From Callorhinchus milii (Eukaryota), in contig NW_024704742.1 of NCBI RefSeq assembly GCF_018977255.1, positions 76,014,001 through 76,078,000 of the forward strand: 64,000 bases of DNA. Reading direction: 5' to 3'. The translations under genes were made by a program, and so were the position numbers. Numbering within the stretch: position 1 is the stretch's first letter; every line of letters starts with the position of its first letter. The notes beneath the pieces were generated by a model, which saw only the letters and a list, made by a program, of their open reading frames with translations, was not told where the DNA came from and searched no databases. Shown piece after piece: positions 23,961 through 37,290 of this stretch.

Positions 23961-25739
23961 AAGAGTGCCTAGATTACTGATCCCTCCTCTTGTTGGAGAA
24001 AGGATGTTACCAAGGATGGCTGGCAATAGTACAAACTCTTTGCACTGTGAAAGCAGTATGATGCCTCTTCCCACTGAACCATGGCTAATGTATGTCTGTA
24101 CACATTTGTTAGAAGCCCTCTAGTTAGTGAGCTCGCAGCTTTCCATTCTGTAGTTGCTTCATTTCATGCGGGGCTGAGAGTGCCCTGTAAACTAGCCAAA
24201 TCTCCATCCCTGCACAAAGAACACTTTGTTTCTGCCCACAAACACGTGGGATATGAAAGAAACGCTCAATTGCCAACAAAACCTTAGCTCATAATGCCTA
24301 ATATTAACTATCTGGATTAGGGACTATTTTAATGACTTTATATTCTTATTAAACTGATTGCTTTTAAAATGAATGAAAAAATAATTCATTTCAAATGACT
24401 AATCCACAATGCTTATAAAGATTATGCTAACTTGTTCCTCTTTATTGAATAAAATGCCCCGAGGGGTCTAATAATTACATCTGTGGTTGGTCATGTATAT
24501 TGTATCTAATTTATTTATGATCATTGATATTGATGTGTGTTACAATGCCAAGCTGAAAAGCGACATAAAAGAGCTACTTTCACATAGAGATTCCTCAAAT
24601 CCTTCTACGGGCTACAATCCTTACTCTAAATCGGCTTCCACACTGCCAAGCACCCGGATCCTGTAAAGTCGTGTATAACTGAGGCTGTGTTGCCTCAATC
24701 AAAGGATAATCTTTTTCAATTCAATTAAAATGTTATTAAACCTTGAGTTTATCACACAAGGCCTTGGCTTCACAGCATGGCAAATTTCATAATTTAATTG
24801 ATTGTATGAAATGAATGATGGCAATCAACAATGTGAACAAGCTGGATTAAGGCGCCTGGTAAAAAAAATTGCTACAGAAGCAGCTTTATTATTGTGTAAT
24901 AAATTGGTCTTGAAGATTTGCAAAATCTTTCATTCTCTGGTTTCCCCTATCCCTTTCCCTAATCACCCCCAAGGCATTGAATTACTGTAGCTTACATTTG
25001 AATCCTCCACGGCCTCACTCCACCCTACCTTTGCTATCTTCTGCTATCAGTAACCATACCGACCCAACCTTGCCCTTCACTCAGCCTGCTTCATGCCCCC
25101 TCCATCCAACCCACCCCACTTTGAAACGTTCTCCCAACATGAAAGTCGCTTTATGAAAGTAAATTGTATTGTATTGCTTCATTGGTGCCAGCCACTCTCC
25201 AGTGATCATTTCTCATGTGGAGCCAGGACTATGACTTTTGGCAAGTTACTGAACCAAGGGGCAGGGAGCCAAACACAATACTGTTCCTAACACCCACTTC
25301 CACTTTTAACCAGCAGTTACAGCTAGCAATCGGGAGAACCTATGCTGATTTTACCCCACCATAACCTAGACAGAATACATTTGGCAGCTATTTCTCTTCT
25401 GATAACCAACAGTAAGTGTACTGATACGTTCTCCCAACATTAAGGGTGCCATATATATGTAAGTTGTACAGTAACCCTTGCTGACAAAGGAATTATTGCA
25501 TATCATTGTTGTCCCAGATGATATTTCCTGTTGATACAGTCAATAAGTACACTTCACCGTAAATCCTGTGCAGGACTTTGAAATTAATCGATGAAGTGAT
25601 AAGGCACTATACCAAATAAATGATTATTATTGGCTATCTCAACACAGACCAGGCAATTGAGAACTTCTGGCTCAAGGCGTCTGTCTCAGTTAGGTGCAGT
25701 TGCATGTCTACGTTAGGAAATTTGTGGGTTCAAGCCACA

Positions 25740-25915
25740 TGGCCCAAGATAGATAAGAGATGGGGGGGATGAAGGGAGAACATGGCCAAACTATGCAGTC
25801 AAAGAGGTAGGTCTTGAGGCAAAATTTGAAAAGAGAAAATAGGAGGTGGAGGATTTCAGGATAGATTTCCAAAGGGAGGGAGCAAAGTGTCTGCAGGTTC
25901 GGCCGTTGATGATAC
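25740..25915 (-). mobile_element. L2 LINE 3' fragment
   Basis: Translates to FKFCLKTYLF and resembles the other L2 3' ends here. Confidence 0.6.
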
Positions 25916-27637
25916 AATAGTCAGGTACAGTAGTCTGCCTGTTCTGCAGAGCCTTCTCCAGTGATAGTATTCAAAAAAGGAACCTCTCCCAGCGTCCTTT
26001 CAACAATCCACAAGATTATTGGGTCATTAGTTTAATGGCGGATTGGGGGTAAAACAGCTACACATTTGCCTACAAAGGCAGTTACAATACACAATACAAA
26101 ATTACATTTGTATAGCGCCTTTCATGTCGGGAGAACATCCAAGGCATTGGACAGTCAGGGATATGATACTAACTACCTGTACTGTAAAGCACTTCCATTG
26201 AATTCCTATAAAAATGCAAGTTCCTTCTAAGTTACAGGAGTAAGGTGCAGCCAGAGTATACAGCAATGACAATTGTCATGTGAAGCCTTGAGCATGGATA
26301 GGATATTAAAATGCATAATGTGCTCAATTGGCAGCTGTAATCTCCACATGGCAACCTTCCTTTCTATGTATATTAGAAACAAAGCACAAACAATTCATCT
26401 CAACAATGGTTTTGATCTCTGTACCTTTGAGCTTCCTTCCCCTGTTCCTCCCAAGGTCCAAATATGCTGCTCCACACACACTTCCTCCAGTGTACATCCT
26501 TGCTGTGCTGAAATCAACGCTCATTGAGAAGTCTACACCAATGCATACTTTCTCCGGTCCTCAAGACTGTGAAACTCTTTCGGTCTTCCCTTCCTCTTAC
26601 GGTCTTTACAGACTTTAAGACCTACCCTTGGTGTCACCTAACTGCTTCTTTCATGGTTTACAAAAGCAGGTAACAGACAATGAGAGAGACACAGAGAAAC
26701 ACTGAATGCAAGATCGCCAGGAAAATCTCAAGGAACAATAAAGCATTTTTCAAAAACTAAACAAAAAGCAAACAGATGTACTGAACCACTGAAAAACGAT
26801 CCTGGGAAACTAGAATTTCAGTGCATAGAAAATCAGAGCTCTTAAATAGTTACTTCACTGAGGAACAGGAAGCAGAGTTGAACAATTCAGAAATCTGATT
26901 TCCAACAACAGCACAGAAGAGCTGAAAAGTATCCATGCAAACTTGGTTCTGGTTCCACATCAGTTGCAAACCAACCATTAAAACCAACTACTTTTGTTTG
27001 GAGAACCTGTACCCTGAGGCTTACAGGAGATGGGGAAGTGGGTAGAAATTCATGCTTTTTGACTTACAATATAATACAAATTTACTTTCACGTCACAAGA
27101 ATGTCTCAACACACTTGGCACCCTCTTGCTTTACTCGCTAGAGACAACCAGAGTGTGGGGGTGCAGAGTGCACTTGTACCTCACTCAAGTAGCCTTCACA
27201 TGGAAACTCGACGGCAAGACGTGACATTTTTCTGCACTGGAAACCAATTAAAGTAAAGTTTAAAATGTTCATGGGAAATAGCTGGAGTCACTAGAGTGGT
27301 CAATTTTAACCACATTTGTAGGAAGGAATCTCACAGATTTTGAGACGCGTCTTGATGGTGCCTTTTCTTCTCCTCCCCCACCTCACCACTGTACCCACAA
27401 CTGACACTTGCTGTGGAGGTTACACATGAGGGCTATTTGAGTGAAGTAGCAGCAGGCAGTAGAGGGCAGCAGGCAGTAAGTTTATTTTGCCACTGCCACA
27501 CTCGTGGTCTCCCATGAGTAAAGGGAGTGCATAAATTTGACTGCAAATACAATCACTCTACTTTGTAATACAACCCTGCGAAGCCCTTTGAGAAATTTCA
27601 CCAATGTGCAGTCCCGTTGTTATTTGACCATTGCCAC

Positions 27638-28000
27638 TACCCGTAGTATAGTGGTTAGAGCATTCGTCTCACAAGGGAGAGGACCCGGGTACGATTCTTG
27701 GATGGGACGAAGCTTTCGGCAAGTTTCCTTACTCCACATGACTGTTTACCTAGCAGTACGTGGGAACTTAGTCATTGGTGGATTGTCGGATTACTTTCTA
27801 GGGGTAATAATCACTCCAAAAAAAATGTGGTCACTCAATCCACGAATGTTTTGAGCGATACCGCTGTGCGCAATTGGCTGCCGCATTTCACCTACAAAAT
27901 AGACAGCTAATCCACTTTACAATATATTCTGTGAAACACTTTGAGATGTCTCAATGAAGTTATGAGGCCCTATAAAATACAAGGATTATTGTTATTATTA
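27638..28000 (+). mobile_element. SINE family A, long (older) form
   Basis: tRNA head plus the extra tgtttacctagcagta...gattgtcggattac segment. Confidence 0.85.
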
Positions 28001-28394
28001 TAATAATGTGAAAAGGCACTATATCAAATCAAGGATTACTGTTATCATTATAATAATATGATAAGGCACTATATCAAATGCTAATTATTCTAAAGGTTGG
28101 AGCAACACTGGACCATGCACACTGGAAAGCCATGGGCACACAAGGAAATAGGTTATATAATCATCCTTGCATTTGATATAGTCCTTTTCACTTTGTCGAC
28201 AGGATTTTACTACAGGCGAACCCAATAGTCAATTTGTGCAAGCCACTGTCCTGCAAACTGCCACAAATAGACATGAATGATCTTACATATCTACTAAGGT
28301 TACAAATAGATTACAAATCAAACAAGGTGACCCTATTGTTGTATTATGGGTTGGTCAAATGCCATCTGGAATAGTGCGTGCAGGTTGGCCACCT

Positions 28395-28735
28395 AATCTT
28401 AAGAAAGGATATTATTGTTCCTTAGAGACTACAGCAGCAGATAATCAGGATGATGGCAGGTCGTGTATATAAGTTGTATGGAGAGGTTAGGATGCGGGAA
28501 TTGGGGTAAACAGCAGAGAATAAGATACTACAATAGAAGGCTTTGCGATTCTGGAGAGTCGACAGGGCTGATCTAGGCAAAGTCTTCAATAATGTGAAGG
28601 TTTTATCCCCTTGCGAGAAGAGAATTCCGGGGAGTAATCGTTTTACATAAAATATGATACACTTATGCAATAAGTTACCAGGATGCCAAATGAAGACAGC
28701 AAGATATAGTTCAAAGGCCCTGGATGTGTTTCTGG
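28395..28735 (+). mobile_element. Old CR1 LINE fragment
   Basis: Contains aagaaaggatat and ggagaggttaggatgc, typical of the CR1 ORF2 C-terminus. Confidence 0.55.
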
Positions 28736-28799
28736 ATTGAGCAACATGGTGAGAAAGGAGGCAAGGTGGAAGCTATCAAAAAAGACAGACTTGTTTTGT

Positions 28800-29255
28800 G
28801 CCACTGCCCACGTTTGTCACCTCCCACCTTGATTTTTCCAATGCCCTCCTTGCTGGTCTCCCAGCTCCACCAATCAAAAAATCTATTTAATTCAAAATTC
28901 TGCCAACCTTATCCTCACCTGCACCAAATTCCATTCCTCCATCACCCAGTTCCACTGGCCCCCCCATTGCAGAATGGATCAATTTCAAGATCCTCACATT
29001 CACCTACAAATCACATCATGGCCTGGCACATCCCTACCTCTCAGATTTGCTTACACGCTATTCCTCTAGCCACCCTTCAACTCAGCTGGCTCCGGCCGTT
29101 TGCACATCCCTCACGCCCTCCACTCCACCATCGGTGGCCGTGCTTTCAGCTACTTAGCCCCGAGACATTGGAACTCTTTGACCCTTCCTTGTCTGTCTTC
29201 AGATCTTTGTTTTCAACCGTGCCTATGGTCACCCCTTTCTCTCCCTGGCTCAGGA
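28800..29255 (+). mobile_element. L2 LINE 3' fragment
   Basis: Contains ggatcaatttcaagatcctc and translates to STIGGRAFSYLAPRHWNSL. Confidence 0.8.
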
Positions 29256-30952
29256 TTGTTAAAAGCTATCATGACAATGTTAATCTATTGGTTGGGTGAA
29301 CAACCCTTAACCATATCTGTAAGAGTTTATTTTCCTAGTATGAGGAGGCTCACTATCACAAAGTTCGAGAACCCTTGCCTTGAACTAATTGCTGATGGAT
29401 TGTATTTATTGTTAAACTAGTGCGTTACATGAATGAACAAGACCAAATGAACCCAAAAACATCAGTTGCAAGAGCCTCCCTATTTCTTCCCTATGTAAAT
29501 CTTCTCCAGAAGGAGAACAGAAATCTTCTCATTCTGTTTGCTTGCTGTGCATGTGAGGGTAATCATTAACTACTTACACCCTGTGACTTTCAGCAATGTG
29601 AATTACTAAGGTGAGAATTGTTTCCTGGGAATGAACAGACACTGCTTGTGGAGGCCATTTCACTCCATACACACTCAGATGACTTTCCGAGCAGCGTTTT
29701 TGAGGATTGCCCTAAGGCCTAAGTCAACAGTGGGCACCACTAGGCATCACTAGCTACATATTCTTTTAAGAACCTAAGCTGTCTGTTCACTAGTAATGTT
29801 CAGACTCCACTGTTAAACTAACAGAGGATCCTAAATGACTAAAGTGTGGGCTATCATCCTTATTGAACAGTTATGCACAGTAGCAAAGGTTATCACTAAT
29901 ATGCCACTTAGGTGTCTGCTTGGACAACAAGGGGATTTTGATCAGAAAATTTACTGTGGGATAGTACTCTACATATGTTAGGACACCGCAGCAAAATTTG
30001 TGGAAATGTTATGGAAAGTTATTCCATTCGCTTTGTAATACTGTCTATGTGCCCTAGTACATGCTGGAGTGAACAAACATTGATCTAGTTTCAGTGACCT
30101 TATGAGGTCTTCACAATGGAATGGGTACTCAACACTTTGCCCATGTTATCAGCTCCATTTAGGTGGGTTGTCAGTCTCAGTGCAATAATGCATTATTTAA
30201 ATAGTGTAGTACACTTTTGGCAATGAAGCACCACTGAGATCATCCAGGCCTACTCTAAAACACTGTACTAAAAGTGGATATATATAATGGAATCATAGCG
30301 ATTCTCTTCATAACATAGGAGGTGACCATTCACCTGGCAAGCATAAACTGAGCTCATCCACTGGAACAAATTACACTAATCACAATTTCCTGCTTTTTCA
30401 TATTCTTCCTCTTCAATTCCATAAATCAATGATTAAATATTGCTCTAAATACAGGGCAACCCCACAAAACTCTGAACTACACTTAACAACAAATTACATC
30501 TATATCGTGTCTTTTATGTCAAGAGGACATCCCAAGGCGTCGAATTGCTTCACAGTATATTCTGTGAAGAAATTTGGGACATCCTCCTGATATAAAATGT
30601 ACTAAAGCAAATAAGTATTATTATTATTATTACACCCTTCCTCCTGTATAATGCAGATTTGTGTATATCACTTCCTCAATGTTTGCATGCGTGTATGTTA
30701 AGCACAGGAAGTGTCATTGGTGTCACTTCCTGGGCTTGAGATCCATTGTGCAGAGTTTAGGATCTTATGGGAAGCCATCTCTCAAATCAATAAGAACAAC
30801 AATTTAGATTTACTTGGCACCCTTCACACTGGGAGGACATCTCAAATCAATTTGTACAATTGAACAGGCACCCAAGCTAGTGAGGGAACCAGAGGAGGGC
30901 GGGGGAAGGGGCCTGACCAACAGCCCAATCGAAAAAATCTTAGGGTGTCCTT

Positions 30953-31273
30953 TAATAATAATAATAATCCTTGTATTTGATATAGCGCTTTTCACGTCGG
31001 AAGGACGTCCCAAAGCGCTTCACAGAACACACTGTAAAGTGAATTGACTGTATATTTGTGGGCGAACGCGGCAGCCAATTGCGCACAGCAATGTCCCACA
31101 AACAGTCATAGATTGAAAATGACTAATTTTATTATTGTTTTTGGTTTTGGAGGGATTATTATTAGGCGTGTGGAGTAAGGAAACTTGCCCAAGGTTTCGC
31201 CCTGTGCCTGGAATTGAACTCAATTGTCTCTCACTTGCAAAGCGAGTGCTCTAACCACTGAGCTACAGGACTC
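30953..31273 (-). mobile_element. SINE family A, full length, young
   Basis: Near-identical to the reverse complement of 51603-51912. Confidence 0.92.
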
Positions 31274-32134
31274 CACATAAGATGGGGAGGGAAGGAGACA
31301 AGGCATTGGCCTCTGTGATGGGATTCCCGAGAGTGGGGCAGATTGGCTGGACGCTTGACCAATGATGGGGACGGGACAGGGTGGACTGGATGAGGATATA
31401 AAGCAGGCTGGTGCTCAAGCAAATGGAGTGGCTGGGTCAGTAGGGTTGCAGGAGATCACAGATATAGGTCGGGGCAAAACCTTTGAGGGATCTGACCGTG
31501 ATATAATAATAATAATTAAGATTGAATGAAAAAAATACACAATTCTGTGCGACAAAGTGGTACTTAGAACTGAGACTGAGACCTGGCTATGACCCCCACT
31601 GGGCCCTCCCCCAGTCAAACAATCTATTGACCCCCAAAACTGGGCTCACTGGCTGCAAGGTAGGCAGTCAGCACCTGTGGGATGGTAACATGGCACAAGT
31701 TGCCGCCTTCAGGAAAGGAATTTAAAAAAAGAGTAACTCATATCAGCAATGTCATAGTTTAAACTGCTTTAAACTTTGCACAGCGGTTGCAGTTGAAGGG
31801 GGTAGGAACATTTTACTGCCCCCTAGTGATTTAAGTTCTGTAAAACAGGGTGAAACAATTACAGTAGTTGGTTCTTTGTGGACAAAGAGTTTAGTCTGAA
31901 TCATTGTGCAGAATAATCCCTACATTCTCGTGTCTCATGTGACAGCGCTCTGTAGATTTTGAAAATGATTCCTGTCTGTTCGCTTGTTATGCTCAATCAA
32001 AAGCCCTCCTGTGCTTCAGTCCATGCCACAGCACAGCTGCAGCTGCTTGAGAATATTAAAGAGAGCCTCCACCCTTTTACAGAAAGGGGTCCGGCTCCAT
32101 TGAAAGAGAAACCCAACGCTGTGTAGCAAGTCCA

Positions 32135-32330
32135 CAGGGTTCAAGCCCCACATTGAGTCTTTGATCACAGTCTTTGCTAACACTTCAGTGCTGCGCTGTA
32201 TTGTTGGAGATGTTGTCCTTAGGGGGACATGTTAAACTAAGATCTTGTCTGCCTGTTCAGGTGGACTTTAAGGATCTCATGGCACTATTCAAAAAGAGAA
32301 GGGAGTTTCTCCGGGTGTTCAAAGCAACTA
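32135..32330 (+). mobile_element. Deu-domain SINE, split by the L2 at 32340-33075
   Basis: gttcaggtggactttaaggatctcatggcactattcaaaaagagaagggagtt; the tail resumes near 33150-33290. Confidence 0.75.
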
Positions 32331-32339
32331 TCCCCCAAA

Positions 32340-33075
32340 TACAACCACAACTAAATTACATTGGTATAGCGACTTTCACGTCGGGAGGACGTCCCAAGGC
32401 GCTGGACAGACAGAGTTTTGGACCCGAGCTGGGGGTCGGGTTGGGTGAGGGCACGGGGGGGAAGTAGGGAGATCGAAAGCACAGTTGAAGAGGAGAGTCT
32501 TGAGGTGGGTCTTGAGGGTGGCAAGGAAGGGGGCGAGATGGAGGGACTGCGGGATGGAGTTCCAGAGGACGAGGGCAGAGTGGCAGAAGGCCCACCCACC
32601 AATAGTAGGACGAGCGAGGTGGGGGACGTGAAGCAAACCGGAGCCTGCTGAGCAGAGGGAGCGAACAGGGTGGTAGGGGGTTAGGAGGTTGCAGAGGTAG
32701 GTGGGAGCAAGACCATGGAGAGCTTTGATGGTGAGGACCAGGATCTTGAGCTGTATCCTCTGTGTGATGGGAAGCCAGTGGAGTCGGGTGAGGATGGAGG
32801 TGATAGGGTCGCGGAGCCGAGGGCGGGAGAGGATGCGTACTTCAGAGTTCTGGATGAACTACAGCCTATGAAGGGAGGAGTTGGGGAGCCTGACAAGCAA
32901 TGAGTTTACATTGTCAAGCCTCGATTTAAAGAAAGCATGTATGAGGGTTTCGGCGGACTGCGGTGTGAGACAGTGGCGGAGCCAGGCGACGTTGTGGAGC
33001 GGGGGGAAGGCAAAAGAGGTCAAGATGCAGAAAGGATAGCTGAGGATCAAACAAGACACTAAGGTTCTCAACTGG
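32340..33075 (-). mobile_element. L2 LINE 3' fragment
   Basis: Translates to AETLIHAFFKSRLDN and TIGGWAFCHSALVLWNSIP..LKTHLKTLLF; L2 tail near 32340-32405. Confidence 0.9.
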
Positions 33076-33479
33076 CCAAGGTTCCAGGGGTGCACACTCC
33101 ACCTTGCTAAGCCAATCCAGTTTAGCAAGGTGGATTGTGCAACCAAATAAAATTGATCACTCACTTTATAGCTGTTTGTGGGACATTGCGATGTGTAAAT
33201 TGGCTACCAAGTACACCCATAAACAAACAGTCACTACACTTCACAGTAAATCTTGTGAAGTCCTTGAGACATTTCGATATGACAATAATAATAATCCTTG
33301 CATTGGTACATCGCCTTATCATGTAAGAAGGACATCTCAATGAGCTTCACAGGATTTACTATGAAATGGAGTGACTTTGTATTTGTAGGCAAATGCAGCA
33401 GCATAGTTAACCTTCATATTCAGAGAGAGATAAGAGTGCTACCAACTGAATCAAGCTGGCACACTGCTGATAAGGTGAA

Positions 33480-33851
33480 GATAATAAAATAACCCTTGCA
33501 TTTGATATAGCGCCTTATGTCTTTGAGATGTCTCAAAGCGCTTCACAGAATATACTGTAAAGTGAAATGACTGTAAATTTTGTGAGCGAAACGCGGCAGC
33601 CAATTGTGCACAGCAGTGTCCCACAAACATTCATGGATTGAGTAACCAAATTATTATTTATTTTGAAGGGATTATTATACCCAGAAAAGCAATCTGCCGA
33701 TCAACTAATAAGCAGGTTCCTACTTACTGCTAGGTAAACAGAAGCAAGTGGAGTAAGAAAACTTGTCTAAGGTTTCACCCTGCTGTGAATCAAACCCAGG
33801 TCCTCTCTTGCTTGAGAGGCGAGTGCTCCAACCACTAAGCTACAGGACTCC
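33480..33851 (-). mobile_element. SINE family A, long form
   Basis: Head at 33770-33851, extra segment at 33680-33745, tail near 33480. Confidence 0.88.
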
Positions 33852-33864
33852 AAGATGAAAGGGA

Positions 33865-33972
33865 TACACACATGCATTGTGTGTGTATTTCTGTGTACCT
33901 GCATGAATATATACATGTGGGTGTGTATGCATGGCTTTGTGTATATATGTGCACATGTGTATGTGGGTATGT
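33865..33972 (+). repeat. Degenerate (TG/TA)n tract
   Basis: Seen directly in the sequence. Confidence 0.75.
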
Positions 33973-34194
33973 GCAGCTCTACAATTCAGGTTGTGCTAAT
34001 GGGTATCTTTTTATCACTTCTAGCAGATTTACTGTTGTCTACAAATATACAGTCACTCCACTTCACAGTAAGTTCTGTGAAGCACTTTGAAACATCCTTC
34101 TGGCGGGATAAGGCATTACCAAATACAAGGATTATTATTATTATTAGGCCATTGAAATATCACAGGATTTACTATAAAGCGTAGTGACTCACAG

Positions 34195-35715
34195 TAAACA
34201 TAGAAACAGGAGTAGGCCATTCAACTCCTTGAGCCTGTTCAGCCAGTCGATAAGATCATGGCTGATCTGTACCACAAGTCAACAACAACAACTTGCATTT
34301 ATATAGCACCCCAGAGCGCTTAAATTACCTGCCAATTACCCAACTTTGCCGGTATCCCTTAATACCCCGACCTAACAAAAATCTATCCACTTCAGTCTTG
34401 AAGATGTGAATGTATCCAGCATCCACAGCCTTTTGGGGAGAGATTTCCACGACCCTTTGGGTGAAAAACTGCCTTCTAATTTCACTCCTAAATGGCCTAG
34501 CTTGAATTTTAAGACTATGCTCTCTTTTTCTGGATTCCCCACCAGAGGAAATAGTTGATCTGTATCTACCTTATCAAATCCCTTTATTATCTTAAAAACC
34601 TCAAGCAGATCACCCCCTCAACCTTCTAAACTCAAGGGAATGGAGACTACGTTTATGCAACCTGTACTCAAAATGTAACCCTTTTAGCCCTGGTATAATT
34701 CTGGTAAATCTGTGTTGCACCCCCTCCAGAGCCAATATATCCTTCCTGGGGTGTGGTGCCCAAAACTGAACACAGTACTCCTGATCAGGTCTGATTAAGG
34801 CTCTATATAGTTGAAGTATTTATTTTCTCTCCTTTATAATCCAACCCCTTGAGATAAAGGCCAATAGCCCATGAGCCTTTTTGATAACGTTTTGTAACTG
34901 TGAACTTGTTTTTATTGTGTACGTAGACACCCAACTCCCTTTGCTCCTCCCCAGTTCTTAGTTTCTCACCATTTAGAAAACATTCTGCTTTCCTATTTTT
35001 GGATCCATAGTGGATGACCTCACACTTCCCCACATTGAATTCCATCTGCCACAGTTTTGCCTACTCACTTACTCTATCTAAGTCTTTTTTGTAACTTTGT
35101 GCTCCCATCTACACAACTTACTGTGCCTCCTAACTTTGTGTCACCTGCAAATTTGGATATAAAACTCTCTATTCCTTCATCCAAGTCATTCATATATATT
35201 TAATTAATTAATTAATTAATATTTAACAAATATATATGTATAGTGCATAATGTGTATAATATGTAATATTATATATCTAGTGAAAAGCTGAGGCCCTAGT
35301 ACAGATCCCTGGGGAATACCACTTGTCACATCCCACCAGAGAAAGTTCCTTTTATCCCTACTCTTAGTTTCCTGCCTCCCAACTAATTACCAGATCACCT
35401 CTGATTCCATGAGCTATTATATTTGCTAATAATCTCTTGTGCATCACCTTATCAAATACCTTCTGGAAGTCCGTGTAGATGAGAGTGTATAGACACTCTC
35501 TTATCTACCATGTTAGTGACCTCCTCAAAAAATTCAATTAGATTCATCAGACACGACCTACCCTTCACAAATCTATGCTGACTCTTTGATTAGCTCATAT
35601 GTGTCCAAATGCTCAGTTGCTCTGACCCTGATGAGATACCAGTAGCTTCCCCACAACTGGTTAAGCTGACAGGTCTGCAGTTATCTGGTTTCTCCCTCCC
35701 TTCTTAAATAATGGA
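34195..35715 (-). mobile_element. CR1-clade LINE, decayed 3' ~1.5 kb
   Basis: Translates to MEFNVGKCEVIHYG...QRELGVYVH. The 3' end is the reverse complement of gaatggcctactcctgtttctatg. Interrupted by an AT-rich tract near 35190-35280. Confidence 0.9.
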
Positions 35716-37074
35716 GTGATTTACTGTAAAACACAGTGCTCCCCTTTCCTGGTTAATCCACCCAACAGATTCAGCGCCAAGTGCTGGGTCCATGCCAGAG
35801 GCCTGCCTTCATACTGGAGTGAGCCTTTGATCTCCCCGGTACTTTTTTGGGTAACAGGATGGCGGTGCTCTAATGTAAACTTGCTTCCCGGTCACTGATG
35901 TTCTCTGGGTGAATGTAATGGGATTCTGAAGAGTTAGCACTGCAGACCAACAATGCAGAACTCAGACTGAGCTTGTCTGAATTACTCCAGGTGGATGTCA
36001 GTATCCACACTTCAGAACTCAATCTGGAACATGTACTGAATGGTTGGAATCACTCCAGGTGTCGATGTAAACTTCAGGCTGAATGCTGGAGTTAGCTAAT
36101 TTGGAAACACTCCAGTTACCAATATAAACACAGCAAGCTTATCACAATTTTGAAAATCAGCGCAAAATAAACCTTCATTTGTATAAGCATTGAGAGAATT
36201 CCAGACTTCCTTTTTGACCGCAGCAGAACTCCATTGCTTATGGCGCACATCAGCAACAACAGGATTTGACAAACTGAAAACAATCAAATTAGAAACACAT
36301 TCCAAGCGACAGAAATGGAGGCAAATATAAACGGATGCAAACAAGCGGGATAGACTCACTCATAGAATAAAACGCATAATGAACATTTCAGCATGTAGAT
36401 CTTTAGAACGACACAATGGACAGAAGATTGGACAGTCAGGGAAGTAGAATTCTTGAAGACCAATGACGTTTTAGTGGGGCGGTAGTGCTAACTGTGACCA
36501 GCATCATGCCTAAACAACCCTTGCATAATCATAAGACGCCCCCAGGTGAATTCAGCACATGTCCTGTTTACAGATAAGCTTTGTGATTCAGATTGAATTG
36601 CAAACTTCTCAAGCCAGACATTAAATACCCTTATCATACAGGCTAAGCACTCGGGGAATGCAACAAAAAATTAAAATGCTGCATTTTTGTCCCACGGTAA
36701 GATTTTAATTGAGATCAGGAACACTTTGAGTACTTAGTGATGCAGTCAAGATGACGTTTAGTCCCATGTGCTTTTGATGCCTTAATTAATAATCCTTTTT
36801 CATCATCGTCATCGCTACCGCCTGCAATCATATAACTGGAAGTGTCAGTCACCATACACATTTAATTTTAACAACCCTTTCTTCGCTCTCTGCACACCAA
36901 CTTTGTTTTTTTAAAACTTAAAAATGAAATTAACCTCAGAAACTTTTAACTAGGCAGGACACGTTCATGAAATAAAACCACATCACTTGTAATTGTAACA
37001 CAATGTCAACATTCAGGGATCTGGGCACCACTTAATAAAAAGAAAGGTCTAAACTTTACAGGAGCATATGGACC

Positions 37075-37290
37075 AGAAATTCTGACTTGTTCGAGATTCA
37101 AGACTTAGCATTTCAGAGCATGCAAATTTTGGAAAATTCATAAATTCAGTCTTATGTTTCGTAGCTGGTTTTCTGCAGGGTTTTATTTTACAAAAAAACG
37201 GATCCTAAATCAGGTATGAATTTTATAACATGCCTAAAGTCTGCATGAACTGGAATGCTAAATCAGGGTATTGGACCCGACAGAATGACC
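37075..37290. repeat. Imperfect palindromic element (MITE-like)
   Basis: ttagcatttcagagcatgca pairs with tgcatgaactggaatgctaa; aaaattcata pairs with tatgaatttt. Confidence 0.6.
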
